This document shows positions 1-10,020 of a DNA stretch of 59,446 nt, one piece after another. The notes beneath the pieces were generated by a model that saw nothing but the letters and a program-made list of their open reading frames with translations, was not told the DNA's origin and did not search any database. The translations under genes and the position numbers were made by a program. This stretch comes from Lentisphaerales bacterium (GTDB taxonomy: Bacteria > Verrucomicrobiota > Lentisphaeria > Lentisphaerales > Lentisphaeraceae). How positions within the stretch are numbered: position 1 is the stretch's first letter; each line of letters opens with the position of its first letter. The DNA lies in NCBI GenBank assembly GCA_022446985.1, contig JAKVBD010000028.1, positions 1 through 59,446 of the forward strand, read 5' to 3'.

Positions 1-88
1 TATAACAAAATATCGATTTTTTGTAAAAAAAACGTCGTTAATTGTACTTTTGCGCATTTGGTTCATTTGTAACAGCTACAATACAAAG

Positions 89-111
89 GGGTAAAATTGT
101 AACTTTTACCC
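89..111. promoter_or_regulatory. Perfect hairpin/palindrome GGGTAAAA-TTGTAAC-TTTTACCC in the 5' region of the transporter gene, within a run of TTGTA(A/C) repeats
   Basis: Read directly: 8-bp inverted repeat with a 7-nt loop. The TTGTA motif recurs at about 21, 42, 67, 97 and 151. Confidence 0.3.
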
Positions 112-248
112 TTGGTAGGCAAATTTTTCTTATCTCTTTGCTTGAAAAAACTTGTACCTCCTTTTAAGTTTGCAGACTCGGTGAGATACTGGCTTCGTGC
201 CGGTTTAGTTTATATTAGAAAGCGTAATTATAGGGATTACATAACATC

Positions 249-1874
249 ATGAGTGAAGTAACTTGTAAGTCAGGTTTGACTGAAGCAGAGAAGTCGACGG
301 TCTTCTGGGCATCATTTCTGGCTCTTTTTGCATGTGCGGTAGGTTTTACATTCCGTGTCATGACAATGGGTAACTGGATAAATGAATTCGGAATTAGTGG
401 TCAGGAAGCTGGCGGAATTTTCGGTGCATCACTTTGGCCGATCGCCATCACGATGATCCTTTTCAGTTTGATCGTTGACAAAGTTGGTTACAAACCATCT
501 ATCTATATAGCTTTCGGACTACAGGCTGTATCCGTTATCTTGTGTGCTACTGCCGGTAATGCAGATGCTCTTTGGTGGGGTTCTTTCTGTGCTGGACTTG
601 GTCACGGTATCGTTGAAGCTGTAATTAACCCTGCATGTTCTTCTATGTATACAGAAGACAAATCTACAAAACTTAACGTTCTACACGCTGCTTGGCCTGC
701 TGGTATGGTAGTCGGTTCAATCTTTATCCTTCCTCTTGGTGTTGCTGATTCAGCTGCCGGAGTTGCCGTTGTTGAAGGTGCTTCTGGTCTAGCTTGGAGA
801 ACTCACTCTTGGTGGATGATGATCCCAGTAGTTATCTACGGTGTAATGTTCATCAAATCTAAATTCCCAATTGACGAACGTGTTCACGCAAAAGTTCCTT
901 ACCGCGATATGCTTAAAGAAGTTGGTTTCCTAGGTGCTTTTATTGCCGGTACTCTTCTATTTTACGAGATCTACAGAATTGCAACTAAAACTGAGCCTTC
1001 AAATCTTCTTTGGATGAGCCTTGGTTTTGGTGTTATTATTGGTGGTGCTTTTGGTGCTTTCACTAAAGGTTTCGGTAAGCCACTTTTCTTCTTCCTGTGT
1101 GTACTTATGGTTCCTCTAGCTACAACTGAGCTAGGTACTGACGCATGGATTAAGCAGCTAATGACTCCTCAGATGGGTGATTATGCTGGTTGGGCAATTG
1201 CTCTCTCTGCTTTCATCATGATGATCCTACGTTTCCAAGCAGGTGTTCTACTTCACAAATTCAACCCCCCAATCGTACTTTGCATCAGTTCCGTATTCTC
1301 TATGCTAGGTCTTCTTACTTTAGCTGGTGCGTCTGGTTTCATGGTTTTCGTTGCCTTCGTTCTATACGCGGTAGGTCAAACATTCTACTGGCCAACAGTT
1401 CTTGGTCTAGTTTCTGAGCAGTTTCCTAAAGGTGGTGCGCTAACTCTAAACACTGTTTCAGCTATCGGGCTACTATCTGTAGGTATCATTGGTACTCCAA
1501 TCATGGGTGCTTTCTACGACAGTAACCTTGCTAATCAGGTTAAAGAAATTTCTCCAGAGATCTATGAAGCATCTCAATCTGAGAAAACTTTCTTCTCTGC
1601 AACTTATACTGGTATTGACACAGCTAAGGCTCAGGAAGCCGCAACTGCTGCAGGTCTAGGTGAAAAGTTCAGTGGAGCTGTGGATAACGCAGGTCGTGGT
1701 GCTCTTAAGACTACAGCTCTTGCTTTCCCACTGGTGATGCTTATCTGTTTCGCACTAATTGCTTTCTACTACAAATCTAAGGGCGGTTACAAACCAATCG
1801 TTCTTGATGAAGAAGAAGGCGACAACAAGCATGGTGATCCAGAAGGTGAGCCTATCCCTGCTGTTGAACTATAA
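249..1874 (+). CDS. Polytopic membrane transporter, MFS-like
   Basis: 541-aa ORF with about 12 hydrophobic segments and a Gly-rich helical pattern. Strong hairpin terminator immediately downstream. Exact subfamily not recognisable by eye. Confidence 0.6.
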   Translation: MSEVTCKSGLTEAEKSTVFWASFLALFACAVGFTFRVMTMGNWINEFGISGQEAGGIFGASLWPIAITMILFSLIVDKVGYKPSIYIAFGLQAVSVILCATAGNADALWWGSFCAGLGHGIVEAVINPACSSMYTEDKSTKLNVLHAAWPAGMVVGSIFILPLGVADSAAGVAVVEGASGLAWRTHSWWMMIPVVIYGVMFIKSKFPIDERVHAKVPYRDMLKEVGFLGAFIAGTLLFYEIYRIATKTEPSNLLWMSLGFGVIIGGAFGAFTKGFGKPLFFFLCVLMVPLATTELGTDAWIKQLMTPQMGDYAGWAIALSAFIMMILRFQAGVLLHKFNPPIVLCISSVFSMLGLLTLAGASGFMVFVAFVLYAVGQTFYWPTVLGLVSEQFPKGGALTLNTVSAIGLLSVGIIGTPIMGAFYDSNLANQVKEISPEIYEASQSEKTFFSATYTGIDTAKAQEAATAAGLGEKFSGAVDNAGRGALKTTALAFPLVMLICFALIAFYYKSKGGYKPIVLDEEEGDNKHGDPEGEPIPAVEL

Positions 1875-1896
1875 GATCATCTAAATAGTTTTTGAA

Positions 1897-1925
1897 GAGG
1901 ATCGCTTCGGCGGTCCTTTTTTATT
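1897..1925. terminator. Rho-independent terminator (stem AGGATCGC/GCGGTCCT, TTCG loop, T-run). Probably bidirectional for the convergent genes
   Basis: GC stem with tetraloop followed by TTTTTTA. Sits between the + gene ending at 1874 and the - gene ending at 1960. Confidence 0.7.
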
Positions 1926-1959
1926 TTAGGGGCAGGGACTTAGAGCCGTTAGATACTTT

Positions 1960-3324
1960 TTAGTTTAGGAGGTTTTCGTTTATATAGACAGAGCCATATC
2001 TTTCAATTTGGATAGTATCACTCCAGTAGTCAGCGGTGAGTCCGGCTTTTTCTTTTAGGTGTTTTAAGAACAGTTGTGCACTTGGAAGTTCCTCCCATAC
2101 AGAAGGTAGGAATGTACCTCGTTTGTTCCCTTCTGTTAAAATTAGCCCATCGAATCCAGGTTTTAATTTAGTGAGTAAGTCTTGTTCGCTTTCAAACTGA
2201 ATTACTTGTGGTTGGCTAAGGATTGAAATGGATATAGAAATATCTTTAAGTTCGTTGGCTTTAAGTGTTGGGAAGCGTGGATCCCTGAATGCCGCAGCAT
2301 AAGTATTTTCAATGATGTCTTCCCGTAGTTTCCTATGAGCTTCCAAAGAGCCTATACAGCCTCTAAGTTGTCCATTTTTTGTCAGGGTAATAAAAGTCGC
2401 GGCCATCACATTAGGGACATCAATAGTTCCTGATTGATAAGGATGGTTACCTAATAGTTTTTCCTCAAGCGAGGTTCTGCCAAGCTTTAGCATAGCGATT
2501 TGATCTTCTCGGGAGAACACCAAATTCATATTAGGTTCTGTATCAATTAAAAATGAGGCGTAGCCGACAACTCGTTCTTTGTCGCCAGCAGTGTCTCCTG
2601 AATTTCTCAGATCGAGTAGCTTAGTTGTAAGCTTTTTCTGTTTGATAGTTTTTATGAGGCCTTTTATGGGAGTAAGTCCACAAGCGTTGTTATGAGTTAG
2701 GTTCTCGAGGTTTCCATTTAGGATGCTTTGAACGGTCTTTTGATCTTTAGTTTGAGCACCGTTGTAATCCATATAGTGACTTAAGTCAGTACTGCAGATA
2801 ATCAGGGTTTCATCGCCACCCCAGACTTTACTTAGTACAGCTGCGATTGTTTCATTTGAAGTTTCACCGATAACTATGGGTAGCAGGGTAAAGTCATTCA
2901 ATGTTGCTTGCAGAAAGGGAAGGTGAACTTCCAGACTGTGTTCTTGAAGGTGAGCATGATCCATGGTGACGACTTCTTTGATTTCAAGAGCTTGGTTAGC
3001 GAGCTCTGTATCTAAAGGGATTAAGCCAAGTGGTGTTTCATAATGGTCTGCAGTTGAAGTGGCTAAGCCCATAAAGCCCACGTAGTGAGAAGGTCCTATG
3101 AGGACGACCTTTTTGATTTGCTTCTGTCTTTTTCGCAAAGAGCGGTACGCCGAAGCAGCAATAGGGCCTGAGTATATATGTCCGGCATGGGGGGCTATTA
3201 TAGCTTTGCCAACATCCGGCTGATCTGTCGCATGGTCTAAAAGCTCATTTACATAGGTAAGAAGTCTGGTCGGGGAATTATAATAAAAAGTGCCAGCAAC
3301 GGCTGCTCTGCGGATATTCCCCAT
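1960..3324 (-). CDS. AmmeMemoRadiSam system fusion protein: Memo-like (protein B) N-terminal domain plus AMMECR1 (protein A) C-terminal domain
   Basis: N-terminus AGTFYY...APHAGHIYSGPIAA is typical of Memo1/AmmeMemoRadiSam protein B. C-terminal GQLRGCIGSLEA is the AMMECR1 signature. Divergent from the radical SAM partner gene. Confidence 0.75.
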   Translation of the reverse strand: MGNIRRAAVAGTFYYNSPTRLLTYVNELLDHATDQPDVGKAIIAPHAGHIYSGPIAASAYRSLRKRQKQIKKVVLIGPSHYVGFMGLATSTADHYETPLGLIPLDTELANQALEIKEVVTMDHAHLQEHSLEVHLPFLQATLNDFTLLPIVIGETSNETIAAVLSKVWGGDETLIICSTDLSHYMDYNGAQTKDQKTVQSILNGNLENLTHNNACGLTPIKGLIKTIKQKKLTTKLLDLRNSGDTAGDKERVVGYASFLIDTEPNMNLVFSREDQIAMLKLGRTSLEEKLLGNHPYQSGTIDVPNVMAATFITLTKNGQLRGCIGSLEAHRKLREDIIENTYAAAFRDPRFPTLKANELKDISISISILSQPQVIQFESEQDLLTKLKPGFDGLILTEGNKRGTFLPSVWEELPSAQLFLKHLKEKAGLTADYWSDTIQIERYGSVYINENLLN

Positions 3325-3406
3325 CTTTCGTAACCTTTCGTTTCTTTACCTTTAATACCGTTTATGGAATTTTGATAATAATAAAAGTAAAATTTATTAA
3401 GAGGTT

Positions 3407-4489
3407 TTGTGTATGAATTATGAGAGTTTTCCTACGGAATTTTGGCATTTGACAGAGAATGGTCGGATTCAGTGTGATGTTTGCCCGAGGGCCTGTCAGC
3501 TCAAAGAAGGACAGAGGGGATTGTGTTTTGTTAGGGCTTGTGAAGATCAGAAAATAGTTTTGAAGACTTATGGCCGCTCCAGTGGATTTTGTATAGATCC
3601 AGTAGAAAAGAAGCCTCTTTATCATTTTTATCCGGGCACATCGGTTTTGTCGTTTGGGACTGCTGGTTGTAACCTTTTTTGTAAGTTTTGCCAAAACTGG
3701 GATATTAGTAAGGCGAGAACGACTGACCGTTTGTTGGATCAGGCTATGCCGAATCAAATAGTTAAGGCTGCAAAAAAGCACAATTGTTATAGCGTTGCTT
3801 ATACTTATAATGACCCGGTGATTTTCCTGGAATATGCCGTAGATGTCGCGAAAGCATGCCGCGATGAGGGTATTAAAAATATAGCAGTATCTGCCGGTTA
3901 CATTTGTGAAGAGCCCCGTAAGTTATTTTATGAATATATGGATGCTGCGAATATTGATTTAAAAGCATTTACAGATGATTTCTATAAAAAGACATGTGGT
4001 GGTAACCTACAATCTGTCTTAGATACTCTGCTTTATTTGCGCAATGAAACCGATGTATGGTTTGAGATTACCAATCTGATTATTCCGGGAGGAAACGACT
4101 CTGCAGAAGAAATAGATGAGATGTCTCAATGGATTTCAAAGAATCTTGGAAATGATACTCCAATTCACTTTTCTGCATTTCACCCGGATTATAAAATGCT
4201 TGATAAAGGTCGAACTCCACTTTCGACAATTCAGGGTGCTTGTGAGATAGCTCGGAAGAATGGATTGAAATATATTTATGCGGGAAATGTTCACGACCCT
4301 GCAAATGATAGCACCTTTTGTTCAGAATGTGGAAAGCTACTGATTGGTCGTGACTGGTATGAGTTGAGTGATTGGAATTTACTGTCTGGCAAGTGTAACA
4401 GTTGTCATACTCAGTGTGCTGGCGTGTATGAAGATACGCCAGGAACTTGGGGGCGCCGTCGTCAGTCGGTGAATATTTCAGGAATCTAG
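3407..4489 (+). CDS. AmmeMemoRadiSam system radical SAM enzyme
   Basis: N-terminal Cys-rich motif CDVCPRAC...GLCFVR plus radical SAM cluster CNLFCKFC (CxxxCxxC). About 360 aa. Adjacent and divergent to the Memo/AMMECR1 gene. Confidence 0.8.
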   Translation: MCMNYESFPTEFWHLTENGRIQCDVCPRACQLKEGQRGLCFVRACEDQKIVLKTYGRSSGFCIDPVEKKPLYHFYPGTSVLSFGTAGCNLFCKFCQNWDISKARTTDRLLDQAMPNQIVKAAKKHNCYSVAYTYNDPVIFLEYAVDVAKACRDEGIKNIAVSAGYICEEPRKLFYEYMDAANIDLKAFTDDFYKKTCGGNLQSVLDTLLYLRNETDVWFEITNLIIPGGNDSAEEIDEMSQWISKNLGNDTPIHFSAFHPDYKMLDKGRTPLSTIQGACEIARKNGLKYIYAGNVHDPANDSTFCSECGKLLIGRDWYELSDWNLLSGKCNSCHTQCAGVYEDTPGTWGRRRQSVNISGI

Positions 4490-5476
4490 ATTGAAGTATT
4501 CATTTAGTAGCTTTTCTGATTTTTGTATTGCCGGGTAAAAGTACAGAAATGAAGGAGGCGTTTTTGAGTTTAAAACTTCTTTAAGAACTTCCTGATTTGA
4601 AGCTGCTTCATTGAATTCTGCAACATGTGGGCCATTGGCTTTGCCCATAAGCCCAAGCCAGCGTTTATCTGATTTCTCAATGTAAGAATTGAAATATGTG
4701 TATAGCTGCCATTCGGAGAAGCCTAATCTTATGTTGCTATGCAGGTACTCGACAATAAGGACTTTGTCTGTCTTTCTTTGTGAAAAGGATATGTTGCGAA
4801 AACCAGACTCTTGTTGAAAGTAAGCTTGGTGTTTACAGAGAAATTGTATCCATTTATTAACGATAGCATGCTGCCATGGAAGTCCGTTAACTTTTTCAAT
4901 ATGTCTTTTAAGTCTGCGTAGTGTTTTTTGGCTCCAAATAACGCAGGCATCTATGGCTGAAAGTTCAGGCTTGTTTTTAAGGTTGAGTAAATCCAGGGTC
5001 GAGTATGTCATGGCGTAGTGCCAATCGAGATAATTTTGTTGGACAGGAAGGGCTTCGTCGGTTTCCTGGTATTCTTTGCAAAGTATCGGTTTTGCGTGGC
5101 GTGAACGCATGTAGTAAATGGGCTGGCCATCTCTAAAAAATAGATCTTCTTTGACATCTCTTATGGCGATTGTATCGACATCTGTGAAAAGAAAGAGCTC
5201 GCTTAGATTATGGGAGTTTCTAAGTTGATCTACAGAAAGCTTAAGAAGTTGTTGGTAGATCCATTTATTGCTGCAAATTTGAGGTGATAAAAGTGTGGAT
5301 TCCGGAATGAAGATAACATTTTCAGAGTTTATTTTTTGTACTAGTTGTGAAATCTCAGGGGTCTCAGCACAGATATAGAAGGTTCTTTGAATCAGAGTGT
5401 TATATTTTCTGCTTGCTTCTACATGATACTTTAAGCTTTTGCCGTCGTTTGGGCCTATGAGTGCGACTTGATCCAT
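4478..5476 (-). CDS. Hypothetical protein, possibly a GT-A-like nucleotide-sugar transferase (DVD motif)
   Basis: 332-aa ORF translationally coupled (ATGA overlap) to the upstream methyltransferase gene. Contains FTDVDTIAIRD (DxD-like). No firm family assignment. Confidence 0.4.
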   Translation of the reverse strand: MDQVALIGPNDGKSLKYHVEASRKYNTLIQRTFYICAETPEISQLVQKINSENVIFIPESTLLSPQICSNKWIYQQLLKLSVDQLRNSHNLSELFLFTDVDTIAIRDVKEDLFFRDGQPIYYMRSRHAKPILCKEYQETDEALPVQQNYLDWHYAMTYSTLDLLNLKNKPELSAIDACVIWSQKTLRRLKRHIEKVNGLPWQHAIVNKWIQFLCKHQAYFQQESGFRNISFSQRKTDKVLIVEYLHSNIRLGFSEWQLYTYFNSYIEKSDKRWLGLMGKANGPHVAEFNEAASNQEVLKEVLNSKTPPSFLYFYPAIQKSEKLLNEYFNLDS

Positions 5477-6051
5477 TATTTTTTATACCTACCGGGTTTT
5501 ATAACCTCAAGTTCGAGATTGATGGATTTTATAACATTGTTAAAAGATTTAATAGCATGCTTTAAGTCTTCTTGATTGATTTCCCCGGCATTTCTTCTAA
5601 CGGCCCAGTGTTCATCCAGAGCGAATGTCGTCTTTGTAATTTCAAAGTCAACATTAAGGAAAACTCCCAGGAGCGAATTGGGAGCGTTATTCTCAATCCA
5701 TTGCTGATTTAGTTTTTGACTGAATAGACCAAAACTTTCAGGGGTGACGGGTCTGACGTGAGTCGGGTCGTATAAGAATGTGTCGTGCCGAGGATGGGGA
5801 ACTTCTATGAGGATTTTAGCACTATTTTCACATACACGGTACATCTCTGTGATGATATTTAAGTAGGTCTCAGTGTCTCGCCCCAAGTGTTCAAGGACGT
5901 GTTGCATAACTATTTCAGATACGGAGTTATCTTCCCAGGGCCAGGGGAAAGTTTCTAGATCCACTTGAAGCTCAGGTTCTCCAAATTTATCCACATTTAA
6001 ATAGCCATCGCGAAAGTCGCTGCCGCAGCCAAGGTTAAGTTTTAGTCCCAT
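5476..6051 (-). CDS. Class I SAM-dependent methyltransferase
   Basis: LNLGCGSDF...LNVD motif I and a HVLEHL post-II motif, typical of Methyltransf_11/23 proteins. 191 aa. Confidence 0.7.
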   Translation of the reverse strand: MGLKLNLGCGSDFRDGYLNVDKFGEPELQVDLETFPWPWEDNSVSEIVMQHVLEHLGRDTETYLNIITEMYRVCENSAKILIEVPHPRHDTFLYDPTHVRPVTPESFGLFSQKLNQQWIENNAPNSLLGVFLNVDFEITKTTFALDEHWAVRRNAGEINQEDLKHAIKSFNNVIKSINLELEVIKPGRYKK

Positions 6052-6311
6052 ATATACTCCGAATTTTTTTTAGAGACTCGAAAGTTTTGTACCAGTTTTT
6101 ATTACTTCTTGAAAGAGAGAAGACAGGCTATGAAAGTTTAAGTCATTCTAAATAGGTATTGTTTAATTCTAATTGCGGCACTCAGTGAGACGTATAGTTG
6201 GCATGAAAGTGATGCTATGCTAAATGTGCAAAACCTAAGAATGTTTAAATATCAGAGAGTTTTTATGTCTTCTTATTATCAAAGCTTTAATTTTTTATGC
6301 ACTAAGTTGAC

Positions 6312-6889
6312 GTGCAGGGTATAGGGCCACGCTTGCCTTTATTTGAGAAGTTCCTTAAAGATAAAAAGGTATTGCATGTTGGTTGTGCTGACTGGCCAAT
6401 TTTTAAGCCTGACAAAAATCTTCACATTGAGTTAGCTTTAAAAGGGGGAAGGTTCATGGACTGGATCTTGATGCAGAAGGTGTTGAGAATTTAAAAAAGT
6501 ATCTAGATGGCAAGTATTATACTTCATTTGAGCAGATCGATGAGAGTTATGATGTGGTCTTAGCTCCTGAAGTTATTGAGCACACTTTAAACCCCGGATT
6601 GTTTATGAAGAGCCTGCTAGAGATAGATTGTCGAGCTATCATTGTCACTGGCCCTGATGCGATAGGTCATATTCAGAAGAATGTGAAATTTGGCTTTAAG
6701 CAGGTAGAGGGCAAAGAGATGTTTTTGGAAAGTGTTCATCCTGATCACAATTGCTATTATTCTCCGATGACTTTGGCAAACACAGTTTTGAATTCAGTTG
6801 AAGAGTATGCGCAAGATGAATGGGATCTTCTTAATATATTTTTGACGGAAGGCAGTAGTATGGTTCGTTGTATTATTGGGAAAAAATGA
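6312..6889 (+). pseudogene. Second SAM-dependent methyltransferase, frameshifted at a G5 homopolymer (about 6444-6448)
   Basis: Frame 0 gives ...VLHVGCADWP...LALKGG. After the G-run, frame 2 continues with KVHGLDLDAEGVENLKKYLDG...VVLAPEVIEHTLNPGLFMKSL, which is the canonical MTase motif order. One extra G would restore a single ORF. Confidence 0.6.
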
Positions 6890-7731
6890 TGCTTGAAGCT
6901 GTCTTTGAAAATTTAGTGGATGATGCCTTTTGCAAAAAAGTTATGATAGTAGGAGTTTCAGATGAGTTATTGGCAGATGCAGTATTAGAGAAAAGGAGGA
7001 CTGAATTATTTCTAAAATCTGTTAAAGCTTTTCAAGAGGGGAATTTTAAGCGTTCTTTTAATATGGGTATGAGATTTTGAAAAAGAGAAGGATTATTGGA
7101 ATCCGGAATGGCGTGTGCAAGAACTTATTGGTGGAGGAGCAGATTTATAAGAAGCCGCCCGTACTACAGCCCAGTGAAAAGTTTAATTGATGTACCGGCT
7201 GACGGAGTGACTTTTGGTATGTTAAGCATGTTTGTTAAAGAACGTTTTACAGAGGAAGTATTGGACTGTATTTGTGAAATATTAAGTGCTTGCCCAAATG
7301 CTAATTTTATTTGCATAGGGTCTGAAGATATTTCGGCCAAGGTCTCATATATGGAGTCAAAAGGTTTTACAGATAGGCGCCGATGGCTGGGGCTGCAAAG
7401 AGAGCCATTTTGGGCATTAAAGTACTTTAATGAAATTCCCAGAGGAAGTTCACAGTCTATTCGTGAATGTATGAGCTGTGGTATTGCTGCTTTGGTAATG
7501 AATTATAGTGAAGATCATCATGAAAGTGTAAGGGCGGATATAGTAGGAGAAGATTATACTGTTATGGAAAACAATACTCAAGAATATGTTAGACGGGCAA
7601 TCGAATGGATCGAGAGCCCAGAAAGTCGACGGTCTACAGCAAAAGATCTCTTTGAGAGAGCAAAAAAGCACTATTCAGTCGAAAAGTTCGTTGAAGAAAT
7701 GACTACTTATATGGCTTCATTTTTAAACTGA
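6868..7731 (+). pseudogene. Glycosyltransferase (GT-B, GT4-like C-terminal domain) interrupted by an in-frame TGA at 7078-7080; N-terminal domain short or absent
   Basis: ORFs 6868-7080 and 7096-7731 share one frame and are separated only by TGA. The C-terminal part (ICIGSEDIS...RECMSCGIAALVMN...EWIESPE) matches the GT4 C-domain pattern. Total length (about 287 aa) is short for GT4. Confidence 0.45.
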
Positions 7732-9065
7732 ATGAGACCTGCTTTTTGAAGTAGGATTGTTAACAAGAAGATGAGCAGTGGTAGAAGTATAAGGTTTCTG
7801 TCTTGTGGTAAGCTGCCGGGTTTACCGATAGGGAGTCTGGCAGACAATGTTTCACCTTGTCCAGGAAATGGGGCTGATGCAAGAATTTTCCCTTTACCGC
7901 TTATGAATTGAGATATTCCTGAGCTGGAAACTTTGAATATAGGGACTCCGTACTCTACTGCTTTAGTAGGGCCAACTCTTTCATGAAGGTGGTGTTGGTT
8001 TTCACCCCAATGGATGGCATCCATTGTTGGTATAATTAAAGCTTGGGCTCCTTGCCTAACTAATTCATCTATAACGAAGGCATAACTTAGATCATAGCAA
8101 ATCGCCAGTCCCATTTTTCCCCATGGGGATTCCCATAGGTGCTGACTTTCTGCAGGAGATCCATCGTTGAAAAATTGAATCGGCACAGACTTGGCTTGAT
8201 TGAATTTCTCTTCACCGTTAGAATTAATCACAGTTGCTGAGTTGAAGTAGGTATCTTCCTTTTTATTAATGTATTTCTTTGAGCCACAAATGAGGTATTT
8301 CTTATTTTTTCGACACCAATCTTTAATTTCCTGAGGGACTTCGTCCAGGAAGGTGTATTCACTTAAAAGGAAAATGTCAGTTTCTGGGTGCTTTTTGTAA
8401 GTTTTTTGAAGCCCTTTTAGAACTTCATCTTTATCTGGGAATTCGAGCTGGATGCCAGAGATGATTGGGCCATTGGAATTGTGCACAGATGAAGGAGTAA
8501 AGAGCTGAGGAAGAATGAGAAGGATAGCCAAGAGAGGGAGTGTGACTTGTCTTTTTTTAGATTCCCAGGCTGCAACTGAAGTGTAAAAGAATAAATAGCT
8601 GAAGCCGTAAATGCCAAGTAAGCCAATTCCATAGAGTTGTGGGTTTTTGAAAGTGAAGAAGCCCGTATTGAGCCAAGTGAATTTCAATGGGTAAACTTCA
8701 CAATAGATGATTTCGATGAAGAAGTGGAGGGTGCAGATGGTCGTAATAGCAAAAGCGTTTTTTAGTTTTTTCTGAATGAAGTATCCTAAAATACAGAATA
8801 ATACAGTCCAGAATGTCAGGACTAGCCAGAGCCCTAAGCTACCTACTTGAAATATATTGTAGAAAAATCGCAAATGGACGGCACTTATGAGCAGTCCATT
8901 TAAAAGGCCGCCATAAAAAGGGTAGGCTTTGGTCATTTGCCATAGACCTATGTAGTAGCCTGGCAATAAGAAAATAAAGTAACTGTTGAAAGAAATGAGC
9001 CAATAGCAGCAGACACTGATCAAGGCAAACCCAAGAGTGGACTTTAAGGAAGGTTTACTTGTCAT
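7707..9065 (-). CDS. lnt: Apolipoprotein N-acyltransferase
   Basis: Multi-TM N-terminus plus a CN-hydrolase domain with the ICYDLSY motif (catalytic Cys) and later E/K positions. 452 aa. Confidence 0.75.
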   Translation of the reverse strand: MTSKPSLKSTLGFALISVCCYWLISFNSYFIFLLPGYYIGLWQMTKAYPFYGGLLNGLLISAVHLRFFYNIFQVGSLGLWLVLTFWTVLFCILGYFIQKKLKNAFAITTICTLHFFIEIIYCEVYPLKFTWLNTGFFTFKNPQLYGIGLLGIYGFSYLFFYTSVAAWESKKRQVTLPLLAILLILPQLFTPSSVHNSNGPIISGIQLEFPDKDEVLKGLQKTYKKHPETDIFLLSEYTFLDEVPQEIKDWCRKNKKYLICGSKKYINKKEDTYFNSATVINSNGEEKFNQAKSVPIQFFNDGSPAESQHLWESPWGKMGLAICYDLSYAFVIDELVRQGAQALIIPTMDAIHWGENQHHLHERVGPTKAVEYGVPIFKVSSSGISQFISGKGKILASAPFPGQGETLSARLPIGKPGSLPQDRNLILLPLLIFLLTILLQKAGLIQFKNEAI

Positions 9066-10011
9066 TTAAGAATCTTTCAGAAATGATTTTGAGGCGTATA
9101 TCAGAGCAATTATTGTTTTTTAATACTTCTAAAAATGACTTTTTAGTAATGTCTTTTTGGAGTATTAATTCGTCCAGTTCTTCGTCGGAAAGTCGGAAAG
9201 CGAGTGCTCTCGGCTTATCCGTAATATTTTTTAAGGTTTCTAGAGTTCTTGAGATGCTTTTATTCTGTTTTTTTTGTCTCAGAACTAAGAAGGAGACGAA
9301 GAAAAATAGAACTGCGTAAAACCAGTTAATGGGATTGCTCAGAATAGTTTGTTCTGCCATCCATTTGGCTTTGAAGGTTATTAGGTAGATTTGGCTGGCG
9401 AGCATGGTGAAAAGGATTGTCATCAAAAGATATGTTTCCCAGGCCGCTCGCATCATACTGCCGAATTTACGGCGAAATCCTGAAGTGCTGGTTTGGTAGG
9501 CGAACATTTCTTCATAAGTGTGAGCTTTAAGAGCAAAGCGGGCGACATGGCAAAGTTCGTGTGACATCAATTCATTTCTCGAGTAGATGAGCCATTTGTC
9601 TTTTTGTTTGAAACTGTTGCGGATAATGAAGAGAGAAAAGAAATCCGGATCGAATGAATAGGCGCAGCCGCCAAAGAGCATGCCGAAGTCTGGTGTTATG
9701 TAAAAGCCGGGTACCCAATCAATTTTGAAGTCGTATAGGTCTTCGGTGATTTTTCCCGCAGGAGCAAAAATCTTTGACGGTATTTTCTCTTTGGAAGGAA
9801 ATTTGATGTCTTCAACGACAAATTCATTCTTATCTTTTAAGTCAGATTCAAGTTGATTAAGATTTTTCTGAAAGATCTTGAGGCGGTCAACATAAATTTC
9901 GGGAGTTTCATGAGCTCCGATAATGAGTCCGCGTTTGTCGAAGTCAGTTAGAGTTTTAAGGTCACCTCCGGCAGCTTTCTTAAGTTCGTGTTCTTTACAG
10001 AAACCTGCCAT
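9055..10011 (-). CDS. Hypothetical membrane-associated protein with an HExxH (HELCH) zinc-metallopeptidase-like motif
   Basis: 318-aa ORF between dxs and lnt in the same operon. HELCHVARF motif followed by hydrophobic helices. No recognisable family. Confidence 0.45.
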   Translation of the reverse strand: MAGFCKEHELKKAAGGDLKTLTDFDKRGLIIGAHETPEIYVDRLKIFQKNLNQLESDLKDKNEFVVEDIKFPSKEKIPSKIFAPAGKITEDLYDFKIDWVPGFYITPDFGMLFGGCAYSFDPDFFSLFIIRNSFKQKDKWLIYSRNELMSHELCHVARFALKAHTYEEMFAYQTSTSGFRRKFGSMMRAAWETYLLMTILFTMLASQIYLITFKAKWMAEQTILSNPINWFYAVLFFFVSFLVLRQKKQNKSISRTLETLKNITDKPRALAFRLSDEELDELILQKDITKKSFLEVLKNNNCSDIRLKIISERFLNDK

Positions 10012-10020
10012 GCAGTACCT

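Noticed and set aside
1190-1417. Numerous 60-120 aa ORFs nested inside or antisense to large confident genes (for example 1190-1417, 3362-3781, 4080-4304, 10137-10442, 18587-18859, 21757-22254, 32359-32589, 38811-39395, 39310-39645, 42246-42666, 48375-48641, 56214-56525)
   Set aside because: They lie within better-supported longer ORFs on the other strand or frame. They have low-complexity or improbable composition and no motifs. Treated as spurious six-frame artefacts.
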